A stretch of 64,000 bases of DNA, taken from contig CAVRYE010000008.1 of NCBI GenBank assembly GCA_963725355.1, forward strand, positions 31,785 to 95,784, written 5' to 3'. Origin of the DNA: an uncultured Acidimicrobiaceae bacterium. Lineage in GTDB: Bacteria; Actinomycetota; Acidimicrobiia; Acidimicrobiales; Bog-793. This document shows positions 17,551 through 27,004 of this stretch, piece by piece. Position 1 is the stretch's first letter, and each line of letters opens with the position of its first letter. The notes beneath the pieces are model-generated. The model ran no database searches and was not told where the DNA came from. It saw nothing but the letters and a program-made list of their open reading frames with translations. A program made the translations under genes and the position numbers.

Positions 17551-19220
17551 TCGACGACCTCGCTTTCCGCGGCTCGAACGAGGCCGAAGACCACCGCGTC
17601 CACCAGGGCCTCCCAGGAGGCCTCGATTATGTTCTCCGAGACCCCGATGGTCGACCAGCTCCCCTCTGCGTCTGCCGTGTCCAAAAGGACCCGTGTGACG
17701 GCGTCGGTCCCCTTGGCGGTATCGAGCACACGGACCCGGTAGTCAGTCAGATGGACGTTGCGAAGCTGGGCGAAGTGCGGCTCGATGGCAAGGCGAAGGG
17801 CGGCGTCGAGGGCATTGACCGGCCCATTGCCCTCCGCGGTCGCCACGACACGCTCGTCGCCGACATGGGCTTTGACGGTCGCCTCGGTCATGAGCTCGCC
17901 GGGCGAGGCCCATGGGTGGACCAGCCCGGCGGCGTCGTCGTCCTCGGCCCCCTCGGCGCCGGGCCTGGCGCGCCAGTCAGTGATCACTCGGAACGACTCG
18001 ATGCGGAACAGGTCGTTGAGGCGTCCGCCGTGGGCCTTTGCGGCGGCCCGCATCAACAGCTCGAGCGAACCGTCCGCCGCCTCGAAGTGGTAGCCGTTGT
18101 GCTCGAGGTGCTTAAGGGCCTCGAGGACTCGGCCGAGGGCCGGCGAGTCGAGCTCGAGGCCCAGCTCGGCGGCCTTCATCTGCAAGGTCGAACGCCCTGC
18201 GAGCTCGCTCACGACCACGCGCGTCCCATTTCCTACGAGCTCGGGCGAGATGTGCTCGTAGGCGTCCGAGCGCCGGGCTAGGGCGCTCGTGTGGAGTCCG
18301 GCCTTGTGGGTGAACGCGCCGACCCCGACATAGGGCCGCTGCGGGTCAAGGGTCAGATTGACGAGCTCGGAGATGTGGTGGGCGACCGAGGTGAGACGTT
18401 CCAGCCGCTCGGGAGGAATGGTCCTCACGCCCATCTTCAACGCGAGGTTGGCGATGATCGCCGATAGGTCGGCGTTGCCCGTGCGCTCCCCGTAACCGTT
18501 GATACAGCCCTGCACATGGGTCGCGCCCTGACGTACCGCCGCCAGCGAGTTCGCCACAGCACACCCGCCGTCGTTGTGGAAATGGCCTCCGATGGTCACA
18601 GACGAGCGTGCCCTTACATCTGCGACGATCCGTTCGACCTCGTCGGGCAGGGTGCCACCGTTGGTGTCGCAGAGAACGAGCACCTCGGCCCCGGCCTGCT
18701 CCGCGGCATCAAGGACGCCAAGGGCGAAGCTGGCATCGCGTTTGTAGCCGTCAAAGAAGTGTTCGGCGTCGAAAAAGACACGTCGCCCTGACTGTTTGAG
18801 ATGGGCCACCGACTCGGCCGCCATGGCGATCGCCTCGTCGAGAGTGGTCCGCAATGCCTCGGTAACGTGCAGGTCGGAGGCTTTGGCGACGATGCAGACC
18901 ACCTCTGTGCCCGCTTCGACGAGGTGCCGGAGCGTCTCGTCGCTCACCGCCTTCGTGCCGGCACGGCGCGTCGAACCGAAGGCGGTGAGCGTGGCGGTCC
19001 GAAGCTGCAGCTCCTTGGCCGCACGGGCGAAGAACTCCTCGTCCTTCGGGTTTGCCCCGGGCCAGCCGCCCTCGATGTAGGCGACGCCAAGGTGGTCGAG
19101 CTGCTCGGCGACATGCAACTTGTCGTCGACGGTGAGGGAGATGCCCTCTTGCTGGGAGCCGTCCCTCAGTGTTGTGTCGTAGATGTCTATGGCGTCGGGC
19201 AGGCGGCGCTCAGTTGACAT
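17547..19220 (-). CDS. cimA: (R)-citramalate synthase (LeuA-family, CimA type)
   Basis: 557 aa. IYDTTLRDGSQQEGISLTVDDKLHVAEQLDHLGVAYIEGGWPGANPKDEEFF matches the citramalate-synthase branch rather than canonical LeuA, and a C-terminal LeuA-dimer-like regulatory domain is present. A separate bona fide leuA lies at 24696-26258. Confidence 0.75.
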   Translation of the reverse strand: MSTERRLPDAIDIYDTTLRDGSQQEGISLTVDDKLHVAEQLDHLGVAYIEGGWPGANPKDEEFFARAAKELQLRTATLTAFGSTRRAGTKAVSDETLRHLVEAGTEVVCIVAKASDLHVTEALRTTLDEAIAMAAESVAHLKQSGRRVFFDAEHFFDGYKRDASFALGVLDAAEQAGAEVLVLCDTNGGTLPDEVERIVADVRARSSVTIGGHFHNDGGCAVANSLAAVRQGATHVQGCINGYGERTGNADLSAIIANLALKMGVRTIPPERLERLTSVAHHISELVNLTLDPQRPYVGVGAFTHKAGLHTSALARRSDAYEHISPELVGNGTRVVVSELAGRSTLQMKAAELGLELDSPALGRVLEALKHLEHNGYHFEAADGSLELLMRAAAKAHGGRLNDLFRIESFRVITDWRARPGAEGAEDDDAAGLVHPWASPGELMTEATVKAHVGDERVVATAEGNGPVNALDAALRLAIEPHFAQLRNVHLTDYRVRVLDTAKGTDAVTRVLLDTADAEGSWSTIGVSENIIEASWEALVDAVVFGLVRAAESEVVE

Positions 19221-20136
19221 ACTCGAGCCAATCCTTATAGCGGTCCGCCTTGCCCCTCACGGCTGCGAAGTAGGTCTCCTGGATCTCGCGGGTGATGGGC
19301 CCGGGCTCGCCGTTGCCGAGAACGCGGTCGTCGACCGAGCCGATCGGGACAACCTCGGCTGCCGTTCCGCTCAAGAAGGCCTCGTCGGCCATGTAAAGGT
19401 CTGTACGGCGCATCTCGCGCTCGGTCACGGTGTAGCCGAGGTCGCGGGCGATGGTGATGACCGAGTCGGCCGTGATGCCCTCGAGGGCGCCCGCCGCCGA
19501 GGCGGGCGGCATGAAGATCTGACCTCCACGGACGACAAAGACGTTCTCGCCCGTGCCCTCTGATATCAGCCCGCTCGTGGTGCACATGAGCGCCTCGTCG
19601 TAGCCGGCGCGCATCGCTTCCACCTTGGCGAGCGAGGAGTTGACGTACATGCCGGTGCCCTTGGCGGCCGTCGGGATGGCGCGGGGGTCGTGACGGGCCC
19701 AGGAGCTGATCTTGAGGCGGATGCCATGCGAGATCGAGTCGTCACCGAGGTAGGCGCCCCAGGGCCACACGGCGACGGCCACGCTCACCTTGCAGGGCAG
19801 CGGGTTGAGGCCCATCTCGCCGTAGCCGAGGTAGGCGATGGGGCGGATGTAGCAGCTGTCGAGGCCATTGACGCGCACTGTGAGCTTGATGGCCTGGAAG
19901 ATCTCCTCCTCTGTGAAGGGCATGTCCATCTGCAAGATGTTCGCCCCTCTAAAAAGGCGCCGCGTGTGGTCACGCAGGCGGAAGATCGCCGGACCGTCCG
20001 CTGTCTCGTAGGCACGAATGCCCTCAAAGACGCCCATGCCGTAGTGCAGGCTGTGAGTAAGGACATGCACTGTGGCCTTGTCCCAGTCGACGAGCTCGCC
20101 ATCCATCCAGATCTTCGTTGTAGGGGTGATAGGCAC
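19210..20136 (-). CDS. ilvE: Branched-chain amino-acid aminotransferase (class IV)
   Basis: ORF 19210..20184. GTG at 20136 lies 8 nt after AAGGAGG, which is embedded in the leuB 3' end. Contains HSLHYGMGVFEGIRAY. The 3' end overlaps the cimA ATG by 11 nt. Confidence 0.85.
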   Translation of the reverse strand: MPITPTTKIWMDGELVDWDKATVHVLTHSLHYGMGVFEGIRAYETADGPAIFRLRDHTRRLFRGANILQMDMPFTEEEIFQAIKLTVRVNGLDSCYIRPIAYLGYGEMGLNPLPCKVSVAVAVWPWGAYLGDDSISHGIRLKISSWARHDPRAIPTAAKGTGMYVNSSLAKVEAMRAGYDEALMCTTSGLISEGTGENVFVVRGGQIFMPPASAAGALEGITADSVITIARDLGYTVTEREMRRTDLYMADEAFLSGTAAEVVPIGSVDDRVLGNGEPGPITREIQETYFAAVRGKADRYKDWLEYVN

Positions 20137-20138
20137 CG

Positions 20139-21158
20139 TCACAACCTCCTTACGACTTCGTCGCCGACACCGGAGGTACTCCATGCTGCGGAGGATCCGG
20201 CCATCTCAGTCTGCAATTGCAGCACAGCCTTGTTCATGCGCTCGGCGGCCGAGGCCTCGCCGAGGTGCTCCAGCATCATCGCCGCCGAGGCGATCGCGGC
20301 CAGGGGATTGGCCTTGCCCGTCCCGACGATGTCGTGAGCCGATCCGTGCACGGGCTCGAAAAGCGACGGCCCGGTGCGAGCGGGGTTCAAGTTGGCCGAG
20401 GCGGCGAGCCCGATCCCGCCCGTGACGGCGCCGGCGAGGTCGGCGAGGATGTCGCCGAAGAGGTTGTCGGTGACGACGACGTCGTAACGGGCGGCATCCT
20501 CGACAAAAAAGATGCAGGCGGCGTCGACGTGGTTGTAGGCCGTTGCCACCCCCGGGTGCTCAAGGGCGACGAGGTCGAAGACGCGCCTCCACAAGTCGCC
20601 TGAGTAGGTGAGGACGTTGGTCTTGTGCACGAGGGTGACATGGTGCTGCTCGCGCCGCTCGGCGAGCTCGAAGGCGTAGCGCACGCAGCGCTCCACGCCA
20701 TGGCGGGTGTTGACCGAGCCTTGCGTGGCCACCTCGAAGGGCGTCTCGCGCCTGAGAACGCCGCCTTCTCCGACATAGGGGCCCTCGGTGTTCTCGCGCA
20801 CCACGACGAAGTCGGCCCCTCGGGCGATGGCGCCCGGGACTCCGTGGAAGGGGCGGAGGTTGATGTACAAGTCGAGCGCGAAGCGCAGCCTCAACAACAG
20901 CCCACGCTCGATGACCCCCGGGGGCACCTTCGTCGAGCCGATAGGGGGACCAACGGCCCCGAGCAGGATGGCGTCGCTCTCGCGGAGCGCGTCGAGCACC
21001 TGGTCCGGCAATACCTCGCCCGTGGCCTCGTAACGGCCCGCGCCCAAGTCGTAGTCCGTCGTCTCGATGTGCACGCCAGTGGCACGGACGACCTTGAGGG
21101 CCTCCGCCACCACCTCAGGACCGATACCGTCGCCCCCGATCACCGCAATTCTGTGCAC
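20139..21158 (-). CDS. leuB: 3-isopropylmalate dehydrogenase
   Basis: 339 aa. [17 protein letters not shown], …[12 protein letters not shown]…, typical isocitrate/isopropylmalate dehydrogenase family. Confidence 0.9.
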   Translation of the reverse strand: MHRIAVIGGDGIGPEVVAEALKVVRATGVHIETTDYDLGAGRYEATGEVLPDQVLDALRESDAILLGAVGPPIGSTKVPPGVIERGLLLRLRFALDLYINLRPFHGVPGAIARGADFVVVRENTEGPYVGEGGVLRRETPFEVATQGSVNTRHGVERCVRYAFELAERREQHHVTLVHKTNVLTYSGDLWRRVFDLVALEHPGVATAYNHVDAACIFFVEDAARYDVVVTDNLFGDILADLAGAVTGGIGLAASANLNPARTGPSLFEPVHGSAHDIVGTGKANPLAAIASAAMMLEHLGEASAAERMNKAVLQLQTEMAGSSAAWSTSGVGDEVVRRL

Positions 21159-21271
21159 ACCTTCTCCTGTCGTCGCTCATCAACTGAGGCCGACAGGACG
21201 CGGCCTTCGACGCGTCCTTCCGAATCTTCCTGGCGGCAACACTACTCGGGGCGCCCAGCGGCCGATCGGGG

Positions 21272-22081
21272 CTAGGCGCCTACGGCGGCCTCGGCTCTTG
21301 CCCAGGTGTAGACGACCCCTGTCGGCGCGGGCCCACAGGAGGCTAGGAAGATCTCGGCGAACGAGGTGGCAAAGCGCGTGGTCTTGGCTTGGGCCGCTCC
21401 CATGACAAGGTGGGACCTAGACGGCGTGCAGCCGGTCAGGTAACTCGACCACAGCCCCAGCACGTTGTCGCGGTGGCCCCAGCAGCCGGCCGCGTGCGGG
21501 GAGCGGCAGTCGTAATTCGTGCTCCCGTACCCGTCGTCGTACATCCAGCCGTCGTCGGCGCCGAGGGCGCTCACGGTGCCGTCAGCCCAGTTCGACCCCC
21601 AGGCACGCACCTGTGAGCCGCCCGGAATCACCGTGCCGGTGGGCACAGGGTCCCTGCCCGCGGCCGCCCCGGCCGCGGCGACCTGGTCAAGCCCGGCTGT
21701 GAGGGCGCCAATGGGTGGCTCCCCGCGCGAGACCCGTTCCATGTCGGCGATTGTGAAGAGCTGTTCAACAACGCTCAGGCGGAGAAACCTCTGCAGGCTG
21801 AAGTGCAACGGACCGATGGGCTCGCTAGCACGGGCGTTGTCGATAGCGAGAAGGATCTTCGCGTTGCAAGCGACGGTGTCGTCGAGAGTGCCGGGTGCGC
21901 ACCAGGAGTAGAAGTCAGGGCTCGGAGGGAGGTTCTTCGGCGGGTTGCGCGGGGGCACGATGCCGGCGAGCGGTCCGCGGATCGCGCCCGGCCGGTCCGT
22001 CCCGCCCGCGCCTTTCACGGCCACGGTGGCGCCCAGAAGGGCGACGGCCGTCCCGAGCGCAACAAAGCGCCTCGCCCTCAA
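21272..22081 (-). CDS. Secreted Cys-containing protein, possibly CAP/SCP (YkwD-like) domain
   Basis: ORF 21272..22330 would overlap greA. An in-frame TTG at 22081 gives a signal peptide (LRARRFVALGTAVALLGATVAVKG). The motif GCWGHRDNVLG resembles the CAP-domain GHxxNiL motif. Weak assignment. Confidence 0.45.
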   Translation of the reverse strand: MRARRFVALGTAVALLGATVAVKGAGGTDRPGAIRGPLAGIVPPRNPPKNLPPSPDFYSWCAPGTLDDTVACNAKILLAIDNARASEPIGPLHFSLQRFLRLSVVEQLFTIADMERVSRGEPPIGALTAGLDQVAAAGAAAGRDPVPTGTVIPGGSQVRAWGSNWADGTVSALGADDGWMYDDGYGSTNYDCRSPHAAGCWGHRDNVLGLWSSYLTGCTPSRSHLVMGAAQAKTTRFATSFAEIFLASCGPAPTGVVYTWARAEAAVGA

Positions 22082-22180
22082 GCTCGAGCCCCTGGCACTG
22101 TGTGAATCTACCCGGACCTGCCGCGGCGGGCGGCGAGTGGCTAGGCGAATCCCGGCCGCCGAACCGGTAGCCTCGCGTGG

Positions 22181-22657
22181 GTGACGGAAACAACCCATCT
22201 GACTGCTGAGACCCATGCCCGCCTGGTCGCCGAGCTCGAGGACCTCACCACACGCGGGCGCGTAGAGATCGCCCGCCAGATCGAGGCGGCCCGAGCACTC
22301 GGAGACCTGTCCGAGAACGGCGACTACCACGCCGCCAAGGACGCCCAGGGCAAGATGGAATCACGCGTGCGCCAGCTACAGCGCATGCTGGAGGACGCCG
22401 TGATCGTCGACAGCTCAGCCCACAGTGGCGGCGTCGTGACCACAGGGGTGGTCGTCGAGCTTCGATACGAGGGCGACGAGGAGACAGAGAGGTTTCTCCT
22501 TGGCTCGATCGAGGAGAAGGGCGACGGCGTTTCGGTCGTAACGCCCGCGTCACCGCTCGGCAAGGCGCTCTTAGGCCACGGCGCCGGTGACACGGTCCAG
22601 TACGAGGCCCAGAACGGCAATGTTTTCACCGTCGAGATCGTCTCGCTCGGAAGCTGA
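22181..22657 (+). CDS. greA: Transcription elongation factor GreA
   Basis: 158 aa. …[21 protein letters not shown]… coiled-coil followed by a C-terminal FKBP-like domain. Confidence 0.9.
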   Translation: MTETTHLTAETHARLVAELEDLTTRGRVEIARQIEAARALGDLSENGDYHAAKDAQGKMESRVRQLQRMLEDAVIVDSSAHSGGVVTTGVVVELRYEGDEETERFLLGSIEEKGDGVSVVTPASPLGKALLGHGAGDTVQYEAQNGNVFTVEIVSLGS

Positions 22658-22662
22658 CACAG

Positions 22663-24073
22663 ATGTCTAGGACACTGGCCGAAAAGGTCTGGGACAGCCA
22701 CGTCGTGCGTCCCGGCGACGGTGCCGCCGAGCCCGACCTGCTCTACATAGACCTGCACCTGGTCCACGAGGTCACCTCGCCCCAGGCCTTCGAAGGGCTG
22801 CGCCTGGCCGGAAGGCGTGTCAGGCGGCCCGATCTGACGATCGCCACGGCAGACCACAACGTGCCCACCACGACGGCAACCGGGCCGGTCACAGATCCCG
22901 TTTCGCGGCGCCAACTCGAGGCCCTCGACGCCAACTGCGCCGAGTTCGGCGTCACCTGCTACCCGATGGGCGACGAGCACCAGGGCATCGTGCACGTGAT
23001 CGGACCCGAGCAGGGCCTCAGCCAGCCCGGCATGACGATCGTGTGCGGGGACAGCCACACCTCGACCCACGGTGCCTTCGGGGCGCTCGCCTTCGGCATC
23101 GGGACCTCCGAGGTCGAGCACGTCCTTGCGACCCAGACCCTCCCCCAGCGCCGGCCCCGCACCATGGCGGTCACGCTCGAAGGCGAGCTCGGTCGCGGTG
23201 CCGGGGCGAAAGACCTGGTGCTGGCGGTCATCGGCCGCCTCGGCACCACCGGCGGCGTAGGCCACGTCGTCGAGTACAGGGGCCCCGCCATCACGTCTTT
23301 GTCGATGGAGGGCCGCATGACGGTCTGCAACATGTCCATCGAGGCGGGCGCCCGCGCTCGGCATGATCGCCCCGGACGAGGTGACTTTCGAGTACCTGGA
23401 GGGGAGGCCGCACACGCCAAAGGGCGCCGAGTGGGACCGCGCCATCGAGCTCTGGCGCAGCCTTCCAAGCGATGATGGGGCACGCTTTGACTCAGAGGTG
23501 GTCATCGACGCCGCCTCGGTCAGGCCCCATGTCTCCTGGGGCACAAACCCGGCCCAGGTCGTGCCGATAGACGGCGAGGTGCCAAGCCCGGACGACCTGG
23601 CGACGCCGTCCGAACGCGAGGCGGCCGCCCGCGCTCTTGTCTACATGGGCCTTAGCGCAGGTACGCCGGTGCGTTCCATATCCGTCGACACGGTTTTCAT
23701 CGGATCGTGCACCAACTCGCGAATCGAGGACCTACGCGCCGCGGCGGGCGTCCTCGAGGGACGCCGCGTGCACCCGGGCCTGCGAGCCCTCGTGGTGCCG
23801 GGATCCCGCCTCGTAAAGCGCCAGGCCGAGTCAGAAGGGCTCGACAGGGTCTTCAAAGCGGCTGGTTTCGAATGGCGCGAGAGCGGCTGCTCGATGTGCC
23901 TTGGCATGAACCCCGACCAGCTCTCGGTAGGCGAGCGCTGCGCCTCCACCTCGAACCGGAATTTCGAGGGGCGCCAGGGGCGGGGCGGCCGGACCCATCT
24001 CGTCTCACCGGTGGTGGCGGCGGCGACGTCGGTGGCGGGCCACTTTGCCACGCCGGCCGACCTGGAGGACTGA
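22663..24073 (+). pseudogene. leuC: 3-isopropylmalate dehydratase large subunit with apparent 1-nt insertion near 23359
   Basis: ORF 22663..23475 is LeuC-like up to …[11 protein letters not shown] (includes [13 protein letters not shown]). The conserved continuation [18 protein letters not shown]… lies in the frame of ORF 23363..24073. Dropping one base at about 23359 restores a single ~470-aa frame. Confidence 0.85.
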
Positions 24074-24076
24074 TCG

Positions 24077-24673
24077 ATGGAGCCTGTGAGGATTGTGAGC
24101 GGCAGGGCGGTCCCCCTCGAGCGGTCCGATGTCGACACCGACCAGATCATCCCGAGCGAATGGCTAAAGCGCATCGAGCGGACCGGCTTTGGAGCCGGAC
24201 TGTTCGCCGAGTGGCGCGACGACCCTGGCTTTGTCTTGAACGACCCGGGTCATGCCGGAGCGACCATCCTTGTCGCCGGGGCGAACTTCGGCACGGGCTC
24301 GTCGCGCGAGCACGCCGTGTGGGCCCTCGTCGATTACGGCTTTCGCGCCGTCGTCAGCCCGCGTTTCGGGGACATCTTCCGCAACAACTCCACCCGCTCC
24401 GGACTCGTCCCCGCTGAGGTCGGCGAAGACGACGGCCTGGCCCTCTTACAAGCAGTAAAGGCCGACCCGTCGCTCGAGGTCACAGTCGACGTCGAGCGAA
24501 AGTTGGTCGAAGCGCCGGCAGTCGGCATCTCGGCGCCTTTTCGCCTTGACGACGATGCCCGCGACCGCCTGTTGAGAGGCCTCGACGACATCGGCGTCAC
24601 CTCCGAGCACTCGGCCGACATCGAGCGCTACGAGACCTTGCGCCCAAGCTTCATGCCGCAGGTCGCCGTCTGA
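24077..24673 (+). CDS. leuD: 3-isopropylmalate dehydratase small subunit
   Basis: 198 aa. DTDQIIPSEWLKRIERTGFG, GANFGTGSSREHAVWAL. Confidence 0.9.
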   Translation: MEPVRIVSGRAVPLERSDVDTDQIIPSEWLKRIERTGFGAGLFAEWRDDPGFVLNDPGHAGATILVAGANFGTGSSREHAVWALVDYGFRAVVSPRFGDIFRNNSTRSGLVPAEVGEDDGLALLQAVKADPSLEVTVDVERKLVEAPAVGISAPFRLDDDARDRLLRGLDDIGVTSEHSADIERYETLRPSFMPQVAV

Positions 24674-24695
24674 GCGCAAAGGCGAGCTTGGACCT

Positions 24696-26258
24696 TTAGG
24701 GAACCACCTCCCCCCGGCGGACGGCGTCCGGACCGGCACCGGCGACCCTCGCCTTGGCGCGGACAACGCGGTTGGTGGCGGCCAGGTACGCCCGAGCGGA
24801 GGCCTCCACGACGTCGGTCGACAGCCCCCGGCCCGAGGCGCGCACCCCTTCGGCGTCGAGCTGAATGACGACGTCGCCGAGAGCATCGATCCCGCCGGTC
24901 ACCGAGGAGACGTTGAAGTCCGTGAGCTTGGCCTCGATACCGGTCGCCTGCTTGATCGCCTTGCAGGCGGCATCGATCATGCCGTCGCCCTCGGCGGTCG
25001 CCTCCGACTTGTGGCCGTCACGACTGACGACAACCCGCGCCCGCGGCATGCCGAGCGTGCCGCCCTGGACGTCGAGCACGTCGAGCACGAAGCCCTCCTC
25101 GACCGCCGTGCCGAGCTCTTCTGCCACGATCGCCTCCAAGTCGGCATCGGTCAGGTGCACCTTGCGGTCCGCCAGCTCCTTGAAGCGGGCAAAGGCGGCG
25201 TTGAGGGCGTCGCCCTGGGCCGTGATGCCGAGCTTTTGCAAGCTGTCAGCAAAGGCGTGGCGCCCGGTGTGCTTACCGAGGACGATCTGGCCGCCCTCTT
25301 GGCCGACCGAGGCGGCGTCGATGATCTCGTATGTCGAGCGCTCCTTGAGCACGCCGTGCTGGTGGATGCCCGACTCGTGAGCGAAGGCGTTCTTGCCGAC
25401 GACCGCCTTGTTCCATTGCAGCTGGTAGCCGGTAAGGCGCGAGACCATCCGGCTCGTGCGGGCAAGCTCTTCGGTTCTCACCTTGGTCTCCACGCCCGGG
25501 AACTGGTCTGGGCGGATCTTGAGCGCCATGACGACCTCCTCGAGGGCGGCGTTGCCGGCTCGCTCGCCGAGGCCGTTCACGCAGACCTCGACCTGGCGGG
25601 CGCCGCAGCGCACGCCCGAGAGGCTGTTGGCGGTGGCGAGGCCGAGGTCGTTGTGGCAGTGCGTCGAGATGACGTAGTCGCCGGCTATCTGCTGGCGTAC
25701 ATGGGTGAGCAGATCGCCGTAGTCCCAGGGGATGCCGTAGCCGACGGTGTCGGGGATGTTCAGGGTCGTCGCCCCGGACTCGACGGCGGCCGCCAGCACC
25801 TCGAGCATGAAATCGAGCGGGGTACGGGTCGCGTCTTGGGGGGAGAACTCGACATCGCCTGTGTGCTCGTGGGCACGGGAGACCCCCTGGCGGACCTGCT
25901 CGAGCACCTGGGCCTCGTTCATCTTCAACATGTGCTCCATGTGGCTGGGGCTGGTCGAGATGAAGACATGGATACGGCTGGCGTCCGCGTCCCGGAGTGC
26001 CTCGTAGCAGCGGTCGACGTCGGCGAGCTGGGTGCGCGACAGGCCCGCGATGACAGGCCCGTGCACGGTCCGGGCAATCGCCTGAACGGCGTCGAAGTCA
26101 CCTTGGCTCGAGACCGGGAAGCCTGCCTCGATGTAGTCGACTCCGAGCCTGGCGAGCTGCTCGGCGATCTCGAGCTTCTCGCCCGGGTCGAGAGAGATCC
26201 CTGGCGACTGCTCACCATCGCGCAGTGTCGTGTCGAAGATGACTACCTTCTCGCTCAT
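24696..26258 (-). CDS. leuA: 2-isopropylmalate synthase
   Basis: ATG 26258 (MSEKVVIFDTTLRDGEQSPGISL…) with GGAG upstream. HxH motif (STHCHNDLGLATAN) and a C-terminal LeuA allosteric domain. Confidence 0.9.
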   Translation of the reverse strand: MSEKVVIFDTTLRDGEQSPGISLDPGEKLEIAEQLARLGVDYIEAGFPVSSQGDFDAVQAIARTVHGPVIAGLSRTQLADVDRCYEALRDADASRIHVFISTSPSHMEHMLKMNEAQVLEQVRQGVSRAHEHTGDVEFSPQDATRTPLDFMLEVLAAAVESGATTLNIPDTVGYGIPWDYGDLLTHVRQQIAGDYVISTHCHNDLGLATANSLSGVRCGARQVEVCVNGLGERAGNAALEEVVMALKIRPDQFPGVETKVRTEELARTSRMVSRLTGYQLQWNKAVVGKNAFAHESGIHQHGVLKERSTYEIIDAASVGQEGGQIVLGKHTGRHAFADSLQKLGITAQGDALNAAFARFKELADRKVHLTDADLEAIVAEELGTAVEEGFVLDVLDVQGGTLGMPRARVVVSRDGHKSEATAEGDGMIDAACKAIKQATGIEAKLTDFNVSSVTGGIDALGDVVIQLDAEGVRASGRGLSTDVVEASARAYLAATNRVVRAKARVAGAGPDAVRRGEVVP

Positions 26259-26330
26259 CGCTCGCTCCATTGTCAGGGCGCGCCCGCGCCTCGTTCCAAC
26301 CCTTGCCACCGCCCACGAGGCACCCGGCCA

Positions 26331-26363
26331 ACAAAAAACCTCCTGGCCCGAAGGCGCAGGAGG
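26331..26363 (-). terminator. Intrinsic terminator in the leuA 5' leader (attenuator)
   Basis: Minus-strand RNA CCUCCUG-GCC-CGAA-GGC(G)-CAGGAGG followed by UUUUUUGUU. It lies between the Leu-rich leader ORF and the leuA start. A separate perfect 9-bp hairpin (GGCGAGCGC/GCGCUCGCC, about 26367-26390) sits just upstream. Confidence 0.55.
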
Positions 26364-26392
26364 CGTTGGCGAGCGCGGAAGGGCGCTCGCCG

Positions 26393-26434
26393 TCAGGTAA
26401 GAAGGAGGACCCGGGTCAGGCGCTCGTTCGTCAT
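26393..26434 (-). CDS. Candidate leuA leader peptide MTNERLTRVLLLT (4 Leu codons, 3 consecutive)
   Basis: ATG at 26434, TGA at 26393-26395; codons CTG…CTC CTT CTT. It is followed by two hairpins, the second a U-tailed terminator, matching classic leader-peptide attenuation architecture. Confidence 0.5.
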   Translation of the reverse strand: MTNERLTRVLLLT

Positions 26435-26444
26435 GTCACTTGAG

Positions 26445-26473
26445 ATTGTGCTGGACCGCCTTCGGTCCGTCAA
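26445..26473 (-). promoter_or_regulatory. Candidate sigma-70-type promoter for the leuA leader (TTGACG-N17-CACAAT)
   Basis: Minus-strand TTGACG (26468-26473), a 17-nt spacer, then CACAAT (26445-26450), 10 nt upstream of the leader ATG. Sequence match only. Confidence 0.3.
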
Positions 26474-26488
26474 GCCGGGGCCGTCATC

Positions 26489-26992
26489 TCAGCCCGCAAC
26501 GTCCCAGTCCGCGCTGTCGGCGACGCGTTGGTAGCTGCTGCGGTGGTGCAGGAGGGGTGCCTGCCCGGTCTCGACCCCCATGTCGAGCACCTCGCCCAGC
26601 ACGAGGCAATGGTCCCCGGTCTCGACGACGCGTCCGATCGTGCAGTCGACGAAAGCGACGGCACCGGTGAGCACGGGATTGCCCGACAAAGCGGGACGCC
26701 AGTCGATGCCGGTGAACTTGTCGGAGTCGCTCAAGGCGAACCGTGTCGACACGGCGGCTTGGTCGTGACCGAGGACGCTCACGCAGAACGAGCCCGAGGC
26801 GAGGATCAAGGGCCAGCTCTTCGACGTGTTGGCGACGAAGAAGCCGACGAGCGGGGGGTTTAGCGAGACGGGGACGAAGGTGCCCACCGACAATCCGTGC
26901 GGCCTGTCCTCGACCATGGCGGCGACGACGGCGACGCTCGTCGGCACGTGCGCCATCACGAGACGGAATTGCTCGGCACTCGGCTGCGACAC
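26489..26992 (-). CDS. Flavin reductase-like (FMN-binding split-barrel) protein
   Basis: 167 aa. FRLVMAHVPTSVAVVAA…GLSVGTFVPVSLNPPLVGFFV… is typical of the flavin reductase domain family. Confidence 0.8.
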   Translation of the reverse strand: MSQPSAEQFRLVMAHVPTSVAVVAAMVEDRPHGLSVGTFVPVSLNPPLVGFFVANTSKSWPLILASGSFCVSVLGHDQAAVSTRFALSDSDKFTGIDWRPALSGNPVLTGAVAFVDCTIGRVVETGDHCLVLGEVLDMGVETGQAPLLHHRSSYQRVADSADWDVAG

Positions 26993-27004
26993 CGCGAGGT
27001 GTCC

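Noticed and set aside
22324-23544. 406-aa minus-strand ORF
   Set aside because: Antisense shadow of greA and leuC.
22663-24073. Idea that the frameshifts (for example in leuC or gatA) are programmed ribosomal frameshift sites
   Set aside because: No slippery heptamer or downstream structure recurs at the junctions, and the sequence contexts all differ. The affected families are not known to use recoding. Random indels, real or technical, explain the pattern more simply.
25011-26534. 507-aa plus-strand ORF
   Set aside because: Antisense shadow of leuA and its leader, with low-complexity composition.
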